From Nitrospirota bacterium (GTDB lineage Bacteria; Nitrospirota; Nitrospiria; 2-01-FULL-66-17), in the NCBI GenBank assembly GCA_049325335.1, contig JBMOMC010000044.1:1-64000 (forward strand): DNA of 64,000 bases. Direction: 5' to 3'. Both the position numbers and the translations under genes were made by a program. Below, piece by piece: positions 1 through 10,600 of this stretch; position 1 is the stretch's first letter; each line of letters begins with the position of its first letter. The notes beneath the pieces were generated by a model. It did not search any database and was not told the DNA's origin. It saw nothing but the letters and a program-made list of their open reading frames with translations.

Positions 1-484
1 AATCCTGGAACGAACGCAACTCGGCCAGATCGTGCCGGCCCGTCTTGTCCACCAATGCGTATTGATACACCCAGCCCACGCCGGTCGCGTCGGGGCCGAG
101 AATCGGCGTCACCCCTTCGGGCAGCCGCCCGCCGATCTTACTCAGGTATTCGAGAACGCGGCTGCGCGCCCAATACAGATCGGTCCGATCCTCGAAGATC
201 ACGTAGACGTACGAAAAGCCGAAATCCGAGACGCCCCGCACCGACCGCACGTGCGGGGCGCCGAGCATACTGGTCACGAGTGGATAGGTAATCTGATCTT
301 CGACGAGGTTGGGACTGCGCCCTTCCCAGGTTGTATAGACGATCACTTGGACGTCCGAGAGATCCGGCAGCGCGTCCACCGGCGTGTGGACCACGGCCCA
401 AGCGCCCCAGAGCGACAGACCGATCGCGGCGAGCCCGAGCAGAAACGGGTTCTGCGCGCTCCAGGCGATGATCCGCTGGATCAT
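1..484 (-). CDS. cusA: CusA/CzcA-family heavy-metal RND efflux permease (5' part, runs off window)
   Basis: Minus-strand translation from ATG at 484: [16 protein letters not shown]...[36 protein letters not shown], a typical CusA N-terminus; directly follows the adaptor gene. Confidence 0.9.
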   Translation of the reverse strand, partial: MIQRIIAWSAQNPFLLGLAAIGLSLWGAWAVVHTPVDALPDLSDVQVIVYTTWEGRSPNLVEDQITYPLVTSMLGAPHVRSVRGVSDFGFSYVYVIFEDRTDLYWARSRVLEYLSKIGGRLPEGVTPILGPDATGVGWVYQYALVDKTGRHDLAELRSFQD

Positions 485-485
485 G

Positions 486-2168
486 CTATTTCCCCGCCTG
501 GACCGTGAACCGAGCCGTGACCGGCTTAGCGTTGGGGCGCGTCACGCTGACGTCGATCGCCCACGCGCCCTTCATCGCCAGGTCAACCGTGGCCTCGTAC
601 ACGCCGTCTCCGGTGTGCTTCGCGGGAACGGTCTCCACCTCCATGCCGGGCATGGTCATGGTATAGGCGACCGTGACCGACGCATCGGTGACCGGGCTGT
701 TGTTCGCCCGCACCGTGAGCCGCACCATGTTTTCACCCTTCTTGGCCGGCGTTGGAGTGGTCTCCAGGGTCAATGTCAGCCCCCCGGTGGTTTGGGGCGA
801 AGCCGTCTCGGGCGTGCGGGCCATTTGCATGCCAGGCATGTCCATCCCTTCCATTCCCTTCATGCCCTCCATGCCGCCCATCTCCATCTCACCCATCTGC
901 GCTTGCTCCATACGGATGCCGCCCATGCCGAGCGCACCCATCATGTTGGTGGCGGCCATGAGCTTGCTCTCGGAGTCGATGAGGAACGTGGCCGAAGTCA
1001 CCACGCGATCACCCGCTGTCAGGCCGTCGACCACTTCGGTGTATTCCTCAAACGATCTTCCAATTCTGATTTCTCGTGGCTCGTACTGCCCCTCGCCGCG
1101 ATCCAAAAACGCCAGCGTATGCGTGCCGGAATCCAACACCGCGGTGCGTGGGACGGCGAGCACCGGTTGGCCCTTCACCTGGATCGTGACGTTCCCGTAC
1201 ATCCCCGGCTTGAGACGGCTGTCCGGGTTGGGGAATTCCATCCGAACCCTGGTCGTGCGCGTGTCGGGCGACACCGTGGGATCGATGAAGACCACCCGGC
1301 CGTGGAACACATCGCCGGGATAGGCGGCCAATGTGACCTCGGCGGTCTGGTCGATCGCCACCAAGGAGAGGTCGCGTTCGTACACGTCCGCGTACACCCA
1401 CACCGTGGACAGATCGGCGATTTCGTACAAGGGCATGTCGGGTGTCGCGTACATGCCTTCAAGCGCCATCTTTTTGGTGATGACCCCGGAGATCGGCGCC
1501 ACCAGCGTAGTCTCGGACTTGGGGTCGGCCTTGGCCAAAGCGTCGATCTGGCGATCGCTCAGGTTCATCCGCCGGAGCCGCTCGCGCGCGGCCGCGACCT
1601 GCGCCGCCGCCCCGTCTCGGATCGGCTCCATCACCGACTGCCCGATCCTCGCCTGGGTGCGGAGCGCCAAGCGGTATTCGGCCTGGGTCGAGGCCAGCTC
1701 GGGACTATAGATCGTGAGCAGCGGTTCTCCGGCGCGCACGTCTTGGCCCGTAAAATTGGCGACGAGATGGGTGACCCATCCCGCGACCCGGAGGTTGACC
1801 TGCTTGACCCGCCGCTCGTCATAGGCCACGGTGCCGACCGAGCGGATCGTGGTCTCAAGCTCGCGCTGCTCCACTACCCCGACCGTGACCCCGATCGCCT
1901 GGCGACGGGCGGGCGTCAGCGTGACGGGAGCCTGGTTCTGATCCTTTGCACTCGCGTCCATCGACATCCCGGCCATGTTCCCGCCGGACATCTCCATCCC
2001 CTGCGTTTCAGGAGTGTTCGTCATCCCCATCGAGTTCTCGGTGTCTCCGGCTGTGGCGATCCCGCTTGACAGGAGCCACCATCCCAGAATCCCGCCACCG
2101 ATGGTGACTGCCCCGGCGAGAAAACCGACAAAGAGCATTGTGCTGGTTCGTCGTCCGTATTTTGCCAT
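486..2168 (-). CDS. cusB: CusB-like RND periplasmic adaptor with Met-rich linkers and C-terminal YtkA/FixH-like domain
   Basis: [39 protein letters not shown] motifs; start chosen at MAKYG with AGGA-type RBS. Confidence 0.88.
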   Translation of the reverse strand: MAKYGRRTSTMLFVGFLAGAVTIGGGILGWWLLSSGIATAGDTENSMGMTNTPETQGMEMSGGNMAGMSMDASAKDQNQAPVTLTPARRQAIGVTVGVVEQRELETTIRSVGTVAYDERRVKQVNLRVAGWVTHLVANFTGQDVRAGEPLLTIYSPELASTQAEYRLALRTQARIGQSVMEPIRDGAAAQVAAARERLRRMNLSDRQIDALAKADPKSETTLVAPISGVITKKMALEGMYATPDMPLYEIADLSTVWVYADVYERDLSLVAIDQTAEVTLAAYPGDVFHGRVVFIDPTVSPDTRTTRVRMEFPNPDSRLKPGMYGNVTIQVKGQPVLAVPRTAVLDSGTHTLAFLDRGEGQYEPREIRIGRSFEEYTEVVDGLTAGDRVVTSATFLIDSESKLMAATNMMGALGMGGIRMEQAQMGEMEMGGMEGMKGMEGMDMPGMQMARTPETASPQTTGGLTLTLETTPTPAKKGENMVRLTVRANNSPVTDASVTVAYTMTMPGMEVETVPAKHTGDGVYEATVDLAMKGAWAIDVSVTRPNAKPVTARFTVQAGK

Positions 2169-2203
2169 GGGTCCTGTTCCTTTCTTCTGTGTTGGGTGTC
2201 GTG

Positions 2204-3457
2204 TCATGGGAGATCCACGCCAAGCAGTCGCTCCAGTTCGGCGCGTTGCTCGGCCCAATCCGCGAGCGCCACGTCCGCGGCCAGGCGCACGTCACGCAGT
2301 TGCCGCTCCGCGCTGATCAGATTCAAGAAATCCGTTCTGCCCGCCGTGTACGCGATGCGCATCGACTCCAGGCCCTGCTCGGCCTGCGCAATGATGGCCT
2401 TGCGATATAGGTCGATGAGCGACTGCGAGGTGTTGAGTTTCAAGAAGGCATCGCGAACTGCGGACACGGTCTCGTTCTTGGTCGCTTCCACCTCGGCCGC
2501 GGCCCTGGCTCGACCTGCGGTCTCCTCAGCGATCTTTGCGCGGTACTTCCCTGGAACGGCCCATGGCACGGTCATCTTCCCGGCGAGCATCCATCGATTT
2601 GGGCCGTCGTGCACGTCCCAGTACGAAACCTCGGCCATGAAATCGGGCCACCACCCGCGCTTGGCCAATGCGATGGCTTCCTCTTGCCGTGCGACCATCC
2701 GCCCGGCGGCGCGGATCTCCGGGCGTTGTTCCACGGCTTGAACTTCCAACGAGTCAAGCGCGACGGTCAGCGGTTGATATTCGACCTGTGCCGTGCCGAA
2801 GAAGAGTGGGTCATCCGGACGTCCAGCCTGGGTATTGAGTTCGATGCGCAGGCTCTGCTGCTGTTGCTCCAACGCCAAGAGGTCGGCGTGCAGCGTGGAG
2901 AGGTCCACCTGCGCTTTGAGACTCTCCTGCTGGGCCGCCTGGCCCTCCGCGTACCGCTTGAGGGCAATCTGAATCAGTTCATTGAGCAGCGCCTGATGTT
3001 CGCGGTGGATGGCGATCTCGCGCTGCACGCGGTACAAGCGGGCATAGGTTGTCTTCACCTCGGCCCGCACCCGGCGGGTGACGGCGAGATATTCTTGCTC
3101 GACCGCCGCCGCGTCCAAGTCCGCAATACGGCCCTGTAGTCCACGTTTTCCCGGGAACGGGAAGGCCTGCTCGATCCCGTACCACGTTTGGCCGGTCTCG
3201 CTGAGGTCGAAGTCGGCCGGAATGTCCCATGCGGTCACGCTGACGACCGGATCGTCGAGCGCACGGGCTTGAGGCGCCTGGACCTTGGCCGCCTCCCAGC
3301 GCTGCCGGACCGCAAGGATGGCGGGATTGTCAGTCATGGCCTGATCCAAAAAACGGTTCAGTGTCTCGTCAGCGTGCACCACGTCAGGGAGCCCGGGCAC
3401 GATCACGACGCCACAGGCGACCAGGATAGGTACGACGCGATAGCGGTTGAGCCCCAT
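2204..3457 (-). CDS. TolC-family outer-membrane efflux protein
   Basis: Signal peptide, IEQAFPFPGKRGL, AYTAGRTDFLNLISAER, AELERLLG; first structural gene of the cusCBA-like operon. Confidence 0.88.
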   Translation of the reverse strand: MGLNRYRVVPILVACGVVIVPGLPDVVHADETLNRFLDQAMTDNPAILAVRQRWEAAKVQAPQARALDDPVVSVTAWDIPADFDLSETGQTWYGIEQAFPFPGKRGLQGRIADLDAAAVEQEYLAVTRRVRAEVKTTYARLYRVQREIAIHREHQALLNELIQIALKRYAEGQAAQQESLKAQVDLSTLHADLLALEQQQQSLRIELNTQAGRPDDPLFFGTAQVEYQPLTVALDSLEVQAVEQRPEIRAAGRMVARQEEAIALAKRGWWPDFMAEVSYWDVHDGPNRWMLAGKMTVPWAVPGKYRAKIAEETAGRARAAAEVEATKNETVSAVRDAFLKLNTSQSLIDLYRKAIIAQAEQGLESMRIAYTAGRTDFLNLISAERQLRDVRLAADVALADWAEQRAELERLLGVDLP

Positions 3458-3641
3458 AGCGGTTCCCTCTTCGCTGTGAAAACCAATGGCGTGCCTCGAC
3501 GCAACTGATCGACGACTCGCCGTCCCCTGCACGATGTTGTGGAGGTCGGGTGGAAGCTGTTGATCAGGGCCCAACGAAAGGCGTGCGAACGACGCACGTC
3601 CTCGTCGAGGACCTGTTAGACCAACAGCCTGGAAATGTGGA

Positions 3642-4016
3642 TCAGCGGATTAGAGACGCGTGCAGCAAATACAGTGGGACGCGCTGGGCGGCGGGGGGGA
3701 GAAGGGGTGGAACCAATCCGGGGCGGACCTGCTGTGGATCCGGCAGAGCGACTGCACCGAATGCCGCGGCGACCACAGTGCGAGCCAACACATCGTGAAT
3801 GGTCTGGGATAAGTCTTGGCGAGCGGCCGAGATCTGATTCGCCTGGCAGACCGACACGTGGCATTGCATCGCACCCGTGTCGTCGGCACCGATCAGTTTC
3901 GTGGTGCCGGCCGCGGGAACAGACGCCTCCACAGCCAACGGACAAAGCGTGACGAGCGTAAAGAAAAATACGAGAACGCCCGTGAGAAACCTATTGGATC
4001 GGCTGGCGAATCTCAT
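3642..4016 (-). CDS. Small hypothetical membrane/secreted protein preceding the metal efflux operon
   Basis: 124-aa ORF with N-terminal hydrophobic helix, CHVSVC motif and Pro-rich tail ending LYLLHASLIR; has an upstream promoter. Confidence 0.6.
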   Translation of the reverse strand: MRFASRSNRFLTGVLVFFFTLVTLCPLAVEASVPAAGTTKLIGADDTGAMQCHVSVCQANQISAARQDLSQTIHDVLARTVVAAAFGAVALPDPQQVRPGLVPPLLPPAAQRVPLYLLHASLIR

Positions 4017-4042
4017 CGGTGGAAAGGCCTAGGATGCTTCGT

Positions 4043-4071
4043 ACCATACCCGGGTGAACAGCGCATGTCAA
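4043..4071 (-). promoter_or_regulatory. Sigma70-like promoter for the efflux operon
   Basis: TTGACA-17 nt-TATGGT on the minus strand. Confidence 0.6.
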
Positions 4072-4191
4072 GCCAGTGCATGTAAAGCCAGTCGTACACA
4101 TTAGGCCATAGAACGGGTATCCCATTGTTCGAACTCGGCAACGTCATCCGGCCTTCACACTGGCACGAGCGCTGACTATTCCAATAGGGTA

Positions 4192-4211
4192 TTTGCTACC
4201 ACTTTGCTACC
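4192..4211. repeat. Tandem 9-bp direct repeat TTTGCTACC (putative integrase arm-type sites)
   Basis: tttgctacc at 4192-4200 and 4203-4211, about 110 bp left of the tRNA fragment. Confidence 0.55.
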
Positions 4212-4318
4212 GACCTTCGATCATTCAGGGTGACGTAAGCTGATCTATGGGCGGAAACGCCCAAACCAAGTGTTTGATAAGATTGCTGCATGTCACCTAG
4301 GACTCGTCCTCTCGGGAA

Positions 4319-4363
4319 CTGAAAAGCCTTGTGTCGGGAGTTCGATTCTCCCCCTCGGCACCA
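4319..4363 (+). mobile_element. 3' half of tRNA-Phe(GAA): probable att site (duplicated tRNA end) of an integrative element
   Basis: CTGAAAA anticodon loop, GGGAG-TTCGATT-CTCCC T-arm, CCTCGGCACCA acceptor end; the 5' acceptor strand and D-arm are absent. Confidence 0.75.
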
Positions 4364-4465
4364 CCACGTATCATTGATTTCCCAATCCACTCCGCAGCAT
4401 CCGAATGGCGTCCGATCGCTCAGACTTTCTCGCCGTCAATGGGGCGGGGGCGACGTTCGAAAAAC

Positions 4466-4493
4466 ACCGGAGGGGGCTTGCGCCCCCTCCGGT
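4466..4493 (-). terminator. Intrinsic terminator-like hairpin
   Basis: ACCGGAGGGGGC-ttgc-GCCCCCTCCGGT, followed by a T-run on the minus strand. Confidence 0.65.
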
Positions 4494-4527
4494 CCCTACT
4501 CCCTGCTCGCCCCGACTGTCGAGGGAA

Positions 4528-4994
4528 CTACCGCGGCGCGTGTTCGAATGAAGCCGGTCGAACATCCAGCGACGGAGCGTCCAGGGCCAAGATCCGTTTG
4601 TCGCCCTTGGGCAACACCCGCAGCAAGCCCCACGGCCCGGTGTCTCGGAAGAGATGGACAATGATCGGGCCAGCTTGCCGAGGGCTTGGAACCAACACGA
4701 TGCTGACGTTCACCGAGATCGTCCGTCCGGTCTTGGTGACCAGTTGGACGTCGTAGTTCCGGATTAGCCCTCCCTGCCCCGCCGCCACCACAACAGAACA
4801 GCCCTTGAAGCAGAAGAGTTGCCTACTGGGTCGCGGCCGGGCAGCACTTCGTAGCAATACTTCCCGACAACCTCCTCCGGCGCGTACTCGAGCGTCTCCT
4901 ACGCCGACGGATTCCATAGAATGATCCGGCCATCCGGATCAATCGCAACCACCCCATCCGCGGTGCGGCCGATCAGGCTGAGAACGTCTGGCAT
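4528..4994 (-). pseudogene. Disrupted PAS-domain (probably PAS-regulator) gene
   Basis: MPDVLSLIGRTADGVVAIDPDGRIILWNPSA then in-frame TAG at 4899-4901, ETLEYAPEEVVGKYCYEVL, then a frameshift into ...YDVQLVTKTGRTISVNVS...IVHLFRD. Confidence 0.7.
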
Positions 4995-5190
4995 CTCTGG
5001 CTACGTCGCCATCTTGCTGATCGCCACCATGCAGAGCATCACGCGTCAGCGTCCGCCTCCTCGCGCGCCATGCCGAAGAGGGGCTGAGCGAATGGAGGAT
5101 TCGGAGAAAGAGAAGGCCCTCCGACGGAGTAACATGCTCTCGGAACAGATGCCTAGTCGGAACCGCGTCATCCGGGAGCAGATCAGGTCA

Positions 5191-5745
5191 TCAGGGAGTC
5201 TCGGCCGACGGGATCGGCCGGGTACCCATCCCAAAAGGCAACTGCTTTTCTTTGGGGGCTGCAAGGCTCCGGTATAGCTCTTGAAATTGGTCAGTGGTCA
5301 GGGTGGGGTCTGCGAGCTTCGCGAGATCAGCGGATTGGACCGGAGTCCACGCCAGCTCCGCCGTATCGGTCGAGCCAATCTTGACCCAATGGTGCGGAAG
5401 AATGTCCTGCCGGATCAGCCGGTCGATCTTGCCGGTGGTGTGAAGCGCCTCTTGAATCGCCCGGCGTGCCACCTCGGCCGACACGCAACTCCCGATCCCA
5501 ATGTTCGCGGGCGGATCAAGAAACGGATAAAACTTGACCCGAACCTTGACCGCCTGCGAATCCCCGATCAAGGCACGCTTGACCTTGTCCGCCTCGGGTT
5601 TCCATTTGGGAGCCAGCACGATTTCAACGGTCGTGGGTTTGTCGCGGTTCTCCACCGACCCACAGTCGTAGGCCGGTTCGGCCAACACCGCGGCGCCCCA
5701 GCTCAACAGCCAGACGCCGAACAACATCGCCAACAGCAGCCGCAC
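5191..5745 (-). CDS. Secreted hypothetical protein, last gene of the MCO operon
   Basis: GTG start with RBS, signal peptide (VRLLLAMLFGVWLLSWGAAVLA), two Cys; co-oriented with the MCO cluster. Confidence 0.7.
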   Translation of the reverse strand: MRLLLAMLFGVWLLSWGAAVLAEPAYDCGSVENRDKPTTVEIVLAPKWKPEADKVKRALIGDSQAVKVRVKFYPFLDPPANIGIGSCVSAEVARRAIQEALHTTGKIDRLIRQDILPHHWVKIGSTDTAELAWTPVQSADLAKLADPTLTTDQFQELYRSLAAPKEKQLPFGMGTRPIPSAETP

Positions 5746-5789
5746 GGCGTCGTCCCTTGTCGCGTGACAACGTCGGCGCCGGGGGACAC

Positions 5790-6662
5790 TCACGGAGCCT
5801 GAAGTTCCACCGACGGGTGCTTCAGCGGGATCAGGTCCAACGCGGGTTGAAGCCGATAGTTCGTTTGCAGCGCGTGCAATGGGACCTCGGCTTCGGCCGC
5901 ATCGAACGCAAACCGTATTGGCGTCGTCGCGTTCATCTCCACCGTCACGCGCTGCGCTCTGACTCTCATCTGTGGGTGCCACGCGACCACATCATAGGTG
6001 CCCGGCGGCAGGTCGGGAATCGTAAACGTCCCGTCCGGCCCGGTCACGGCAAAGTACGGGTTGCCCACCGCCATCCCCCACGATTGCATGAAGTCGTGGA
6101 CCCCGCACTGGGTCCGGAAAATAAAGTGGCCGTTTCTGAGGCGAATCTGCTTCGACACGCTGGTCTCCGGCAGCATCGGCTTATTGAACATCATAAAGGT
6201 ATAGGGATCGCCGCTGGTATAACCCTGCACATCGTGCACGACCGGGTCTTTGTTGACGATCGACAACGGGTGCCCGTTCCTGACCGCGGTGACAAACGGC
6301 CCCATCCGGCAGTCCTCCAGTGTCAGCGTGGGCGTATAGTCAAACGGCTTGCCTCGCTCCACGCCGACCACGGCCACCACCACGTCTTGAAAGTCTCCAG
6401 CGTCCGATACCCGGAACTCGCGGAGCAGCCGGTTCCCTTTGCCGTCGGAAATCCGCGTGCAAAAGTCGATGTTCGGCGAGAACACCATATGGAAAATCCG
6501 GCTCGGCGGGGGCGGACCATTGAGCACGACCCGGCCCGTAATCGTCCCGCCCTCGCGCACCGTGATCTCCTCATACGCCCACCCCGCCGAGGAGCCTACC
6601 AAGATGACCAGCCCGAAGTACCCGGCCACGATCAGCCGCCCGACTACCTCTCGTGCGCGCAT
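5790..6662 (-). CDS. Secreted carboxypeptidase-regulatory-like domain protein with cupredoxin-like motif
   Basis: Signal peptide; GTITGRVVL; VHDVQ...CGVHDFMQSW; NPYFAVTGPDGTFTIPDLPPGTYDVVAWHP. Confidence 0.8.
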   Translation of the reverse strand: MRAREVVGRLIVAGYFGLVILVGSSAGWAYEEITVREGGTITGRVVLNGPPPPSRIFHMVFSPNIDFCTRISDGKGNRLLREFRVSDAGDFQDVVVAVVGVERGKPFDYTPTLTLEDCRMGPFVTAVRNGHPLSIVNKDPVVHDVQGYTSGDPYTFMMFNKPMLPETSVSKQIRLRNGHFIFRTQCGVHDFMQSWGMAVGNPYFAVTGPDGTFTIPDLPPGTYDVVAWHPQMRVRAQRVTVEMNATTPIRFAFDAAEAEVPLHALQTNYRLQPALDLIPLKHPSVELQAP

Positions 6663-6665
6663 ACG

Positions 6666-7610
6666 CTATTCCTCACAATAGGGAGGCGTGCATTCCTCCA
6701 GGTTGTCATGGGGGTGCGCCTCCGGACCGATCCGAAACCTCTCTTGGCTTTCATACGCGGGACGCACGACCCGCGCCCCGTCGAATTCCACGTTGAACGA
6801 TGCCGTGCCGTTGGCCGGCACCGTGACTTCCCGCTCGACAATCGGCAGATGCGGATGCCACGCCGTTACGCGATAGGTACCGGGCGGCAATCCATCAATC
6901 GTAAACTTCCCGTCCTTCTTGGTTCTCGCATAATACGGATTGTCCACTACGAATCCCCACGCCTGCATGAACTCGTGCATGCCGCAGATCATTTGTGAAA
7001 CGCGCTTTCCCTCATCGAACTGCAGGATGCCGCCTCGCGGCTCCTCGGACACGGGCAACGGAAAGTTCAGAATAATGTTGCCCTTCTCGTTTTGGAAGAC
7101 TTGGCCGTTGTGGATGATCGGATCGCGGTTGACCACCGAAATCGGCTGATGGTTTCTCAGGACCATGACCAACGGGTGCTCATGATGCAGTTTGCCTTTG
7201 GCATCGATCGCAAACAAATCGTCCTCCGCGGTCTCGGCGGGATGGAACATGCAGTCCACCGCCACCAATTCCTGCTTGAGACGCGGGAACGGCTTGCCAT
7301 GCGTGACCCGTTGGACCGCCACGATCGTGTCCTGTAGCCCGCGGTTCGGGGACACGATGAACTCGTCGACCTCAACGTGGCCTTGGCCGTCCGAGATTTT
7401 CTTGCAGAACGGACCGAACGGATACAACACCAATGGAAAAATTCTCGGCTCCGGGATTGACCCGGTTAACGTCACGCTGCCGGTGATGGCGCCGCTGTTG
7501 CTCACCGCCGTCTCTTCATACTCTGAAACGGCCCAGGCCGGTGCGAGCCCGACCAGAGCGGGCACGACCAATCCCGTTACGACCCCTAATAAACCAATGA
7601 CGCGTCGCAT
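6666..7610 (-). CDS. Secreted carboxypeptidase-regulatory-like domain protein with cupredoxin-like motif (paralog)
   Basis: Signal peptide; GAITGSVTL; IHNGQ...CGMHEFMQAW; NPYYARTKKDGKFTIDGLPPGTYRVTAWHP. Confidence 0.8.
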   Translation of the reverse strand: MRRVIGLLGVVTGLVVPALVGLAPAWAVSEYEETAVSNSGAITGSVTLTGSIPEPRIFPLVLYPFGPFCKKISDGQGHVEVDEFIVSPNRGLQDTIVAVQRVTHGKPFPRLKQELVAVDCMFHPAETAEDDLFAIDAKGKLHHEHPLVMVLRNHQPISVVNRDPIIHNGQVFQNEKGNIILNFPLPVSEEPRGGILQFDEGKRVSQMICGMHEFMQAWGFVVDNPYYARTKKDGKFTIDGLPPGTYRVTAWHPHLPIVEREVTVPANGTASFNVEFDGARVVRPAYESQERFRIGPEAHPHDNLEECTPPYCEE

Positions 7611-7633
7611 TGCGCTCCCCTTACTCGACATGA

Positions 7634-7665
7634 AGGGGCAGGGGACAACAACGTCCCCTGCCCCT
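7634..7665. other. 13-bp stem hairpin between MCO and downstream partners
   Basis: AGGGGCAGGGGAC-aacaac-GTCCCCTGCCCCT; no clear U-tract. Confidence 0.5.
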
Positions 7666-7690
7666 CCCGACTACCGTTGTCCGAATGCCA

Positions 7691-10600
7691 TTACTTCTCC
7701 GGCTGCAACATCGAAACAGCCAGCCCATCTTCCCGCGGCAACTCCGCGGTCCGACCACCGGGCCCGCCGCTGTTCAACGGCAGGATACGCCGATCCCCGG
7801 CCGGCATCACCCGCAGATAGCCCCACTGTCCGGCCTGCGCATAGGGCATCCGATGGTTCTGCCAGAGGTAATCCCCCGGAAGATGGAACGGCCCACCCGC
7901 TGCTTTTAAGAAGACGTTCAGGTTTTCGGAAGAACCGAATTCCTCCGAACTGAGCATATCAGCGCCTTCCATGTTGGCTTTGAGTGGCCATTCATGGCCT
8001 TCCAGGCTGAAGACCTGGTTCTGTTCGTTGAACGCACCGAACACGTGGATCTTCACCGGATCACCCGCGTGAGACATGATGGTCGGGGTGACTGGATCGG
8101 ATTCCCCGGCCACGCAAGGCGTGTACATATTGCCCATGTCGCAGCCCTTCTCCTCGCGATACAACCACGGCTCGATGCGGTAATTCACGCCGGTCAACCC
8201 GCCGATTTGCTGAATGTACGGCATGAACGCGGTCCCGATGATGTTGTCCTCATCCTGGAAGAACAAGGACGCATCGCGGTAGTCGGACTTGCTGGCATTC
8301 TCCGGGATCGTCCGGTCCACGACCACGTCCACCTGCCACGCGTTCTTGAGGCTCACATCCTCGCCGGTCTTGGAATCGCGGTACTTGGATCCCTTGGGCC
8401 CGACGATGATCGCACCGAACAGCCCATCCCGGACATTGTTGACAAAACCTCCCCAGTCCCACACCAGCGCCGCGGTCTCTCCATACTGCGAGGGCGCGTA
8501 GAAGGTGTAGGTCCGGCTCTGGCCCGGCGCGACCGTCTGATCGCCCGGGTTATTGCCGACATTGACCCCCTGGGAATCGTTCGGGTCGAACGCCAGCATG
8601 TCCGCGCTGAACGACGCGCGGCTGGTTTTCATCTCGTTCTTCAGGTTGACCTTGATACAGTCACCCACGTTGACGTGCAAGGTCAGCGGCATGGGGTGAG
8701 CGCCGCCTTCCGCCACCTTCGACTTCTCCCCCTCGAGCATGTAGATCTTGCCCTTGGGGTTGGCCACTTGGAGCGTGCGATCGAAGTCCACATCGATCAC
8801 ATCCGGCGCGTTCGGATTGTACTTGAGCGCCCGCTCTGCCGCAATCACGTTGAATGTCTTGACCGGCGCATCCGCCGGGCAGACCGACTTGGCCGACGCC
8901 GGGATTTCATCGCGGCCCGGCAATTTCTTCAGATCCGGGGCTTCCTTATCCAACACCCGAAAGATGCCCCAGCTCCCTTCCGACAAATGAGACGGACGGC
9001 CGTCGAAGTGCAGGTAGTCCCCGGCCATCTGTTGCGGTCCCCCGGCCTTGGTGACTAGGTCATACCGTTCGGCAATCCCGACGTGGTACGCGTTGCGGAA
9101 ATCCGAGTGCTCCGCGTACCGTTCGGTCCGAAACGCGTGGCCCGCCAAATGCCACGTGTGCGACTCGTTCATCATCACGTGCAAGAGGCGAAACACCACC
9201 GGGTCGCCCACGTAGGCTCGCAACAGCGGGGTCCCGGGATCTTTGCCGAACACTTTGCTCGAAAACACCAAGGACGGTTCCGGATTGAACTTCAGGCGTT
9301 TGGCGATCGACTCGGCTTTAAAGAAGAACCCACCCCCGGTGGTGTGGGTCCCACCGTTGATCATCGGGACCGACACCAGATCCAGATCATACGGCATCTG
9401 GAAGAACAACGCTTGCCCGGCGTCAATGGCCGCCTGGACGGTCTGCCCTGGAGGATTGCCGGCGGTCACGACCTGCGCCGTATACGGCACGGTATCGTGC
9501 AGGTACTGCACCATCTCGCGGAAGCTACCGTTCACCCCATAGCCCACTGGTTCAGTGGTGTGAATGTCCGCGATCGGACCGCTCCGGATCTCCTTCCCGG
9601 TCTTGGGGTCGTGATACGTCGAACCATACGGCTCCACGATGTTGCCGCCCACTGCGCCGTGTGGCCACGTGGTACCGCCGAGCGCGTGGTCGTGCCAGAA
9701 GACGGTGCCCAGATCGACATCCACCCAGTAGCGGTACCGGACGAACTCGACCGAGGCGATCTCGCCTTTCTTATGCGCATGCTTCAGCGGCTCGCCGAAG
9801 ATCAGGGTATCCCCTTGAATATCCTTGATCCAGCGGACCTCCGAGGTGTTCACTTCGTCCATTCCGATCATGATGTCGGTCCCGGCATGGTACTTCGTTG
9901 CGCCCTCCGCCATCGTGATCTTGATTGAGGTCGCGCCGGCCTTGACGTCCTCCGCCACGTGGGAGTTCATCGGCACCGGCAGCCCCCTGGGTTTGGCCTT
10001 TTTGAACTGCGTGAACGGCCGCACCGACATCTCATAAGCGAACGAGGTGATCACACCGTCGCTGGCATTGTTGTCGAACTGCATGAAGTGGGGGTGGATG
10101 TTGATCTTTGACATCTGGAAGTTCGTGGTGTCATTGTCCTCCCACTCGCTCTTTAAGATCACATCCACGCAGTCATAGACATTGGAGCGGTAGACCAGAG
10201 GCCGCGCCAGCTCGGAGTTGGCACGGACCGCAGCCTCCTCCTCATGAAGGACATAGATCGTGCCGTGCTGGTCCACAACCGCCTTCTCTTTTCCGATCGC
10301 CTGATTCATCGTGATCGGGGTTTCAATAAAGTGGATCGTATACTGCTTGCGACCGGCTTTTTCAGGACAGAGACTCCACTTGCCCTGCTCGCCCGGCCGC
10401 GCCGGTTGGTTTGTTTCACCGCCGGCTACGCCGAGGCCGCCGGGTTCAGTCGCCAAGGATCCGGTGTTCTTATCCATATGGATCGGCTCCAACCACGGCG
10501 CCGGTCCGTGATGGCGGGCAAACGGAACCCGCTTCCCGTAGTGCGGCTTAAAGAAGGGGTTGGCCAGCTTGCCGGTCTTGGCATCGAACAGAATCGGCGG

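Noticed and set aside
384..2069. Long plus-strand ORFs antisense to real genes (also 5757-6998, 20359-22113, 22849-24975, 24948-26723, 54106-55662)
   Set aside because: Shadow ORFs typical of high-GC coding DNA; Arg/His/Gly-rich with no recognisable motifs
4288..4363. Intact tRNA-Phe gene
   Set aside because: No 5' acceptor strand complementary to CCTCGGC, no D-arm, and the anticodon stem is mispaired
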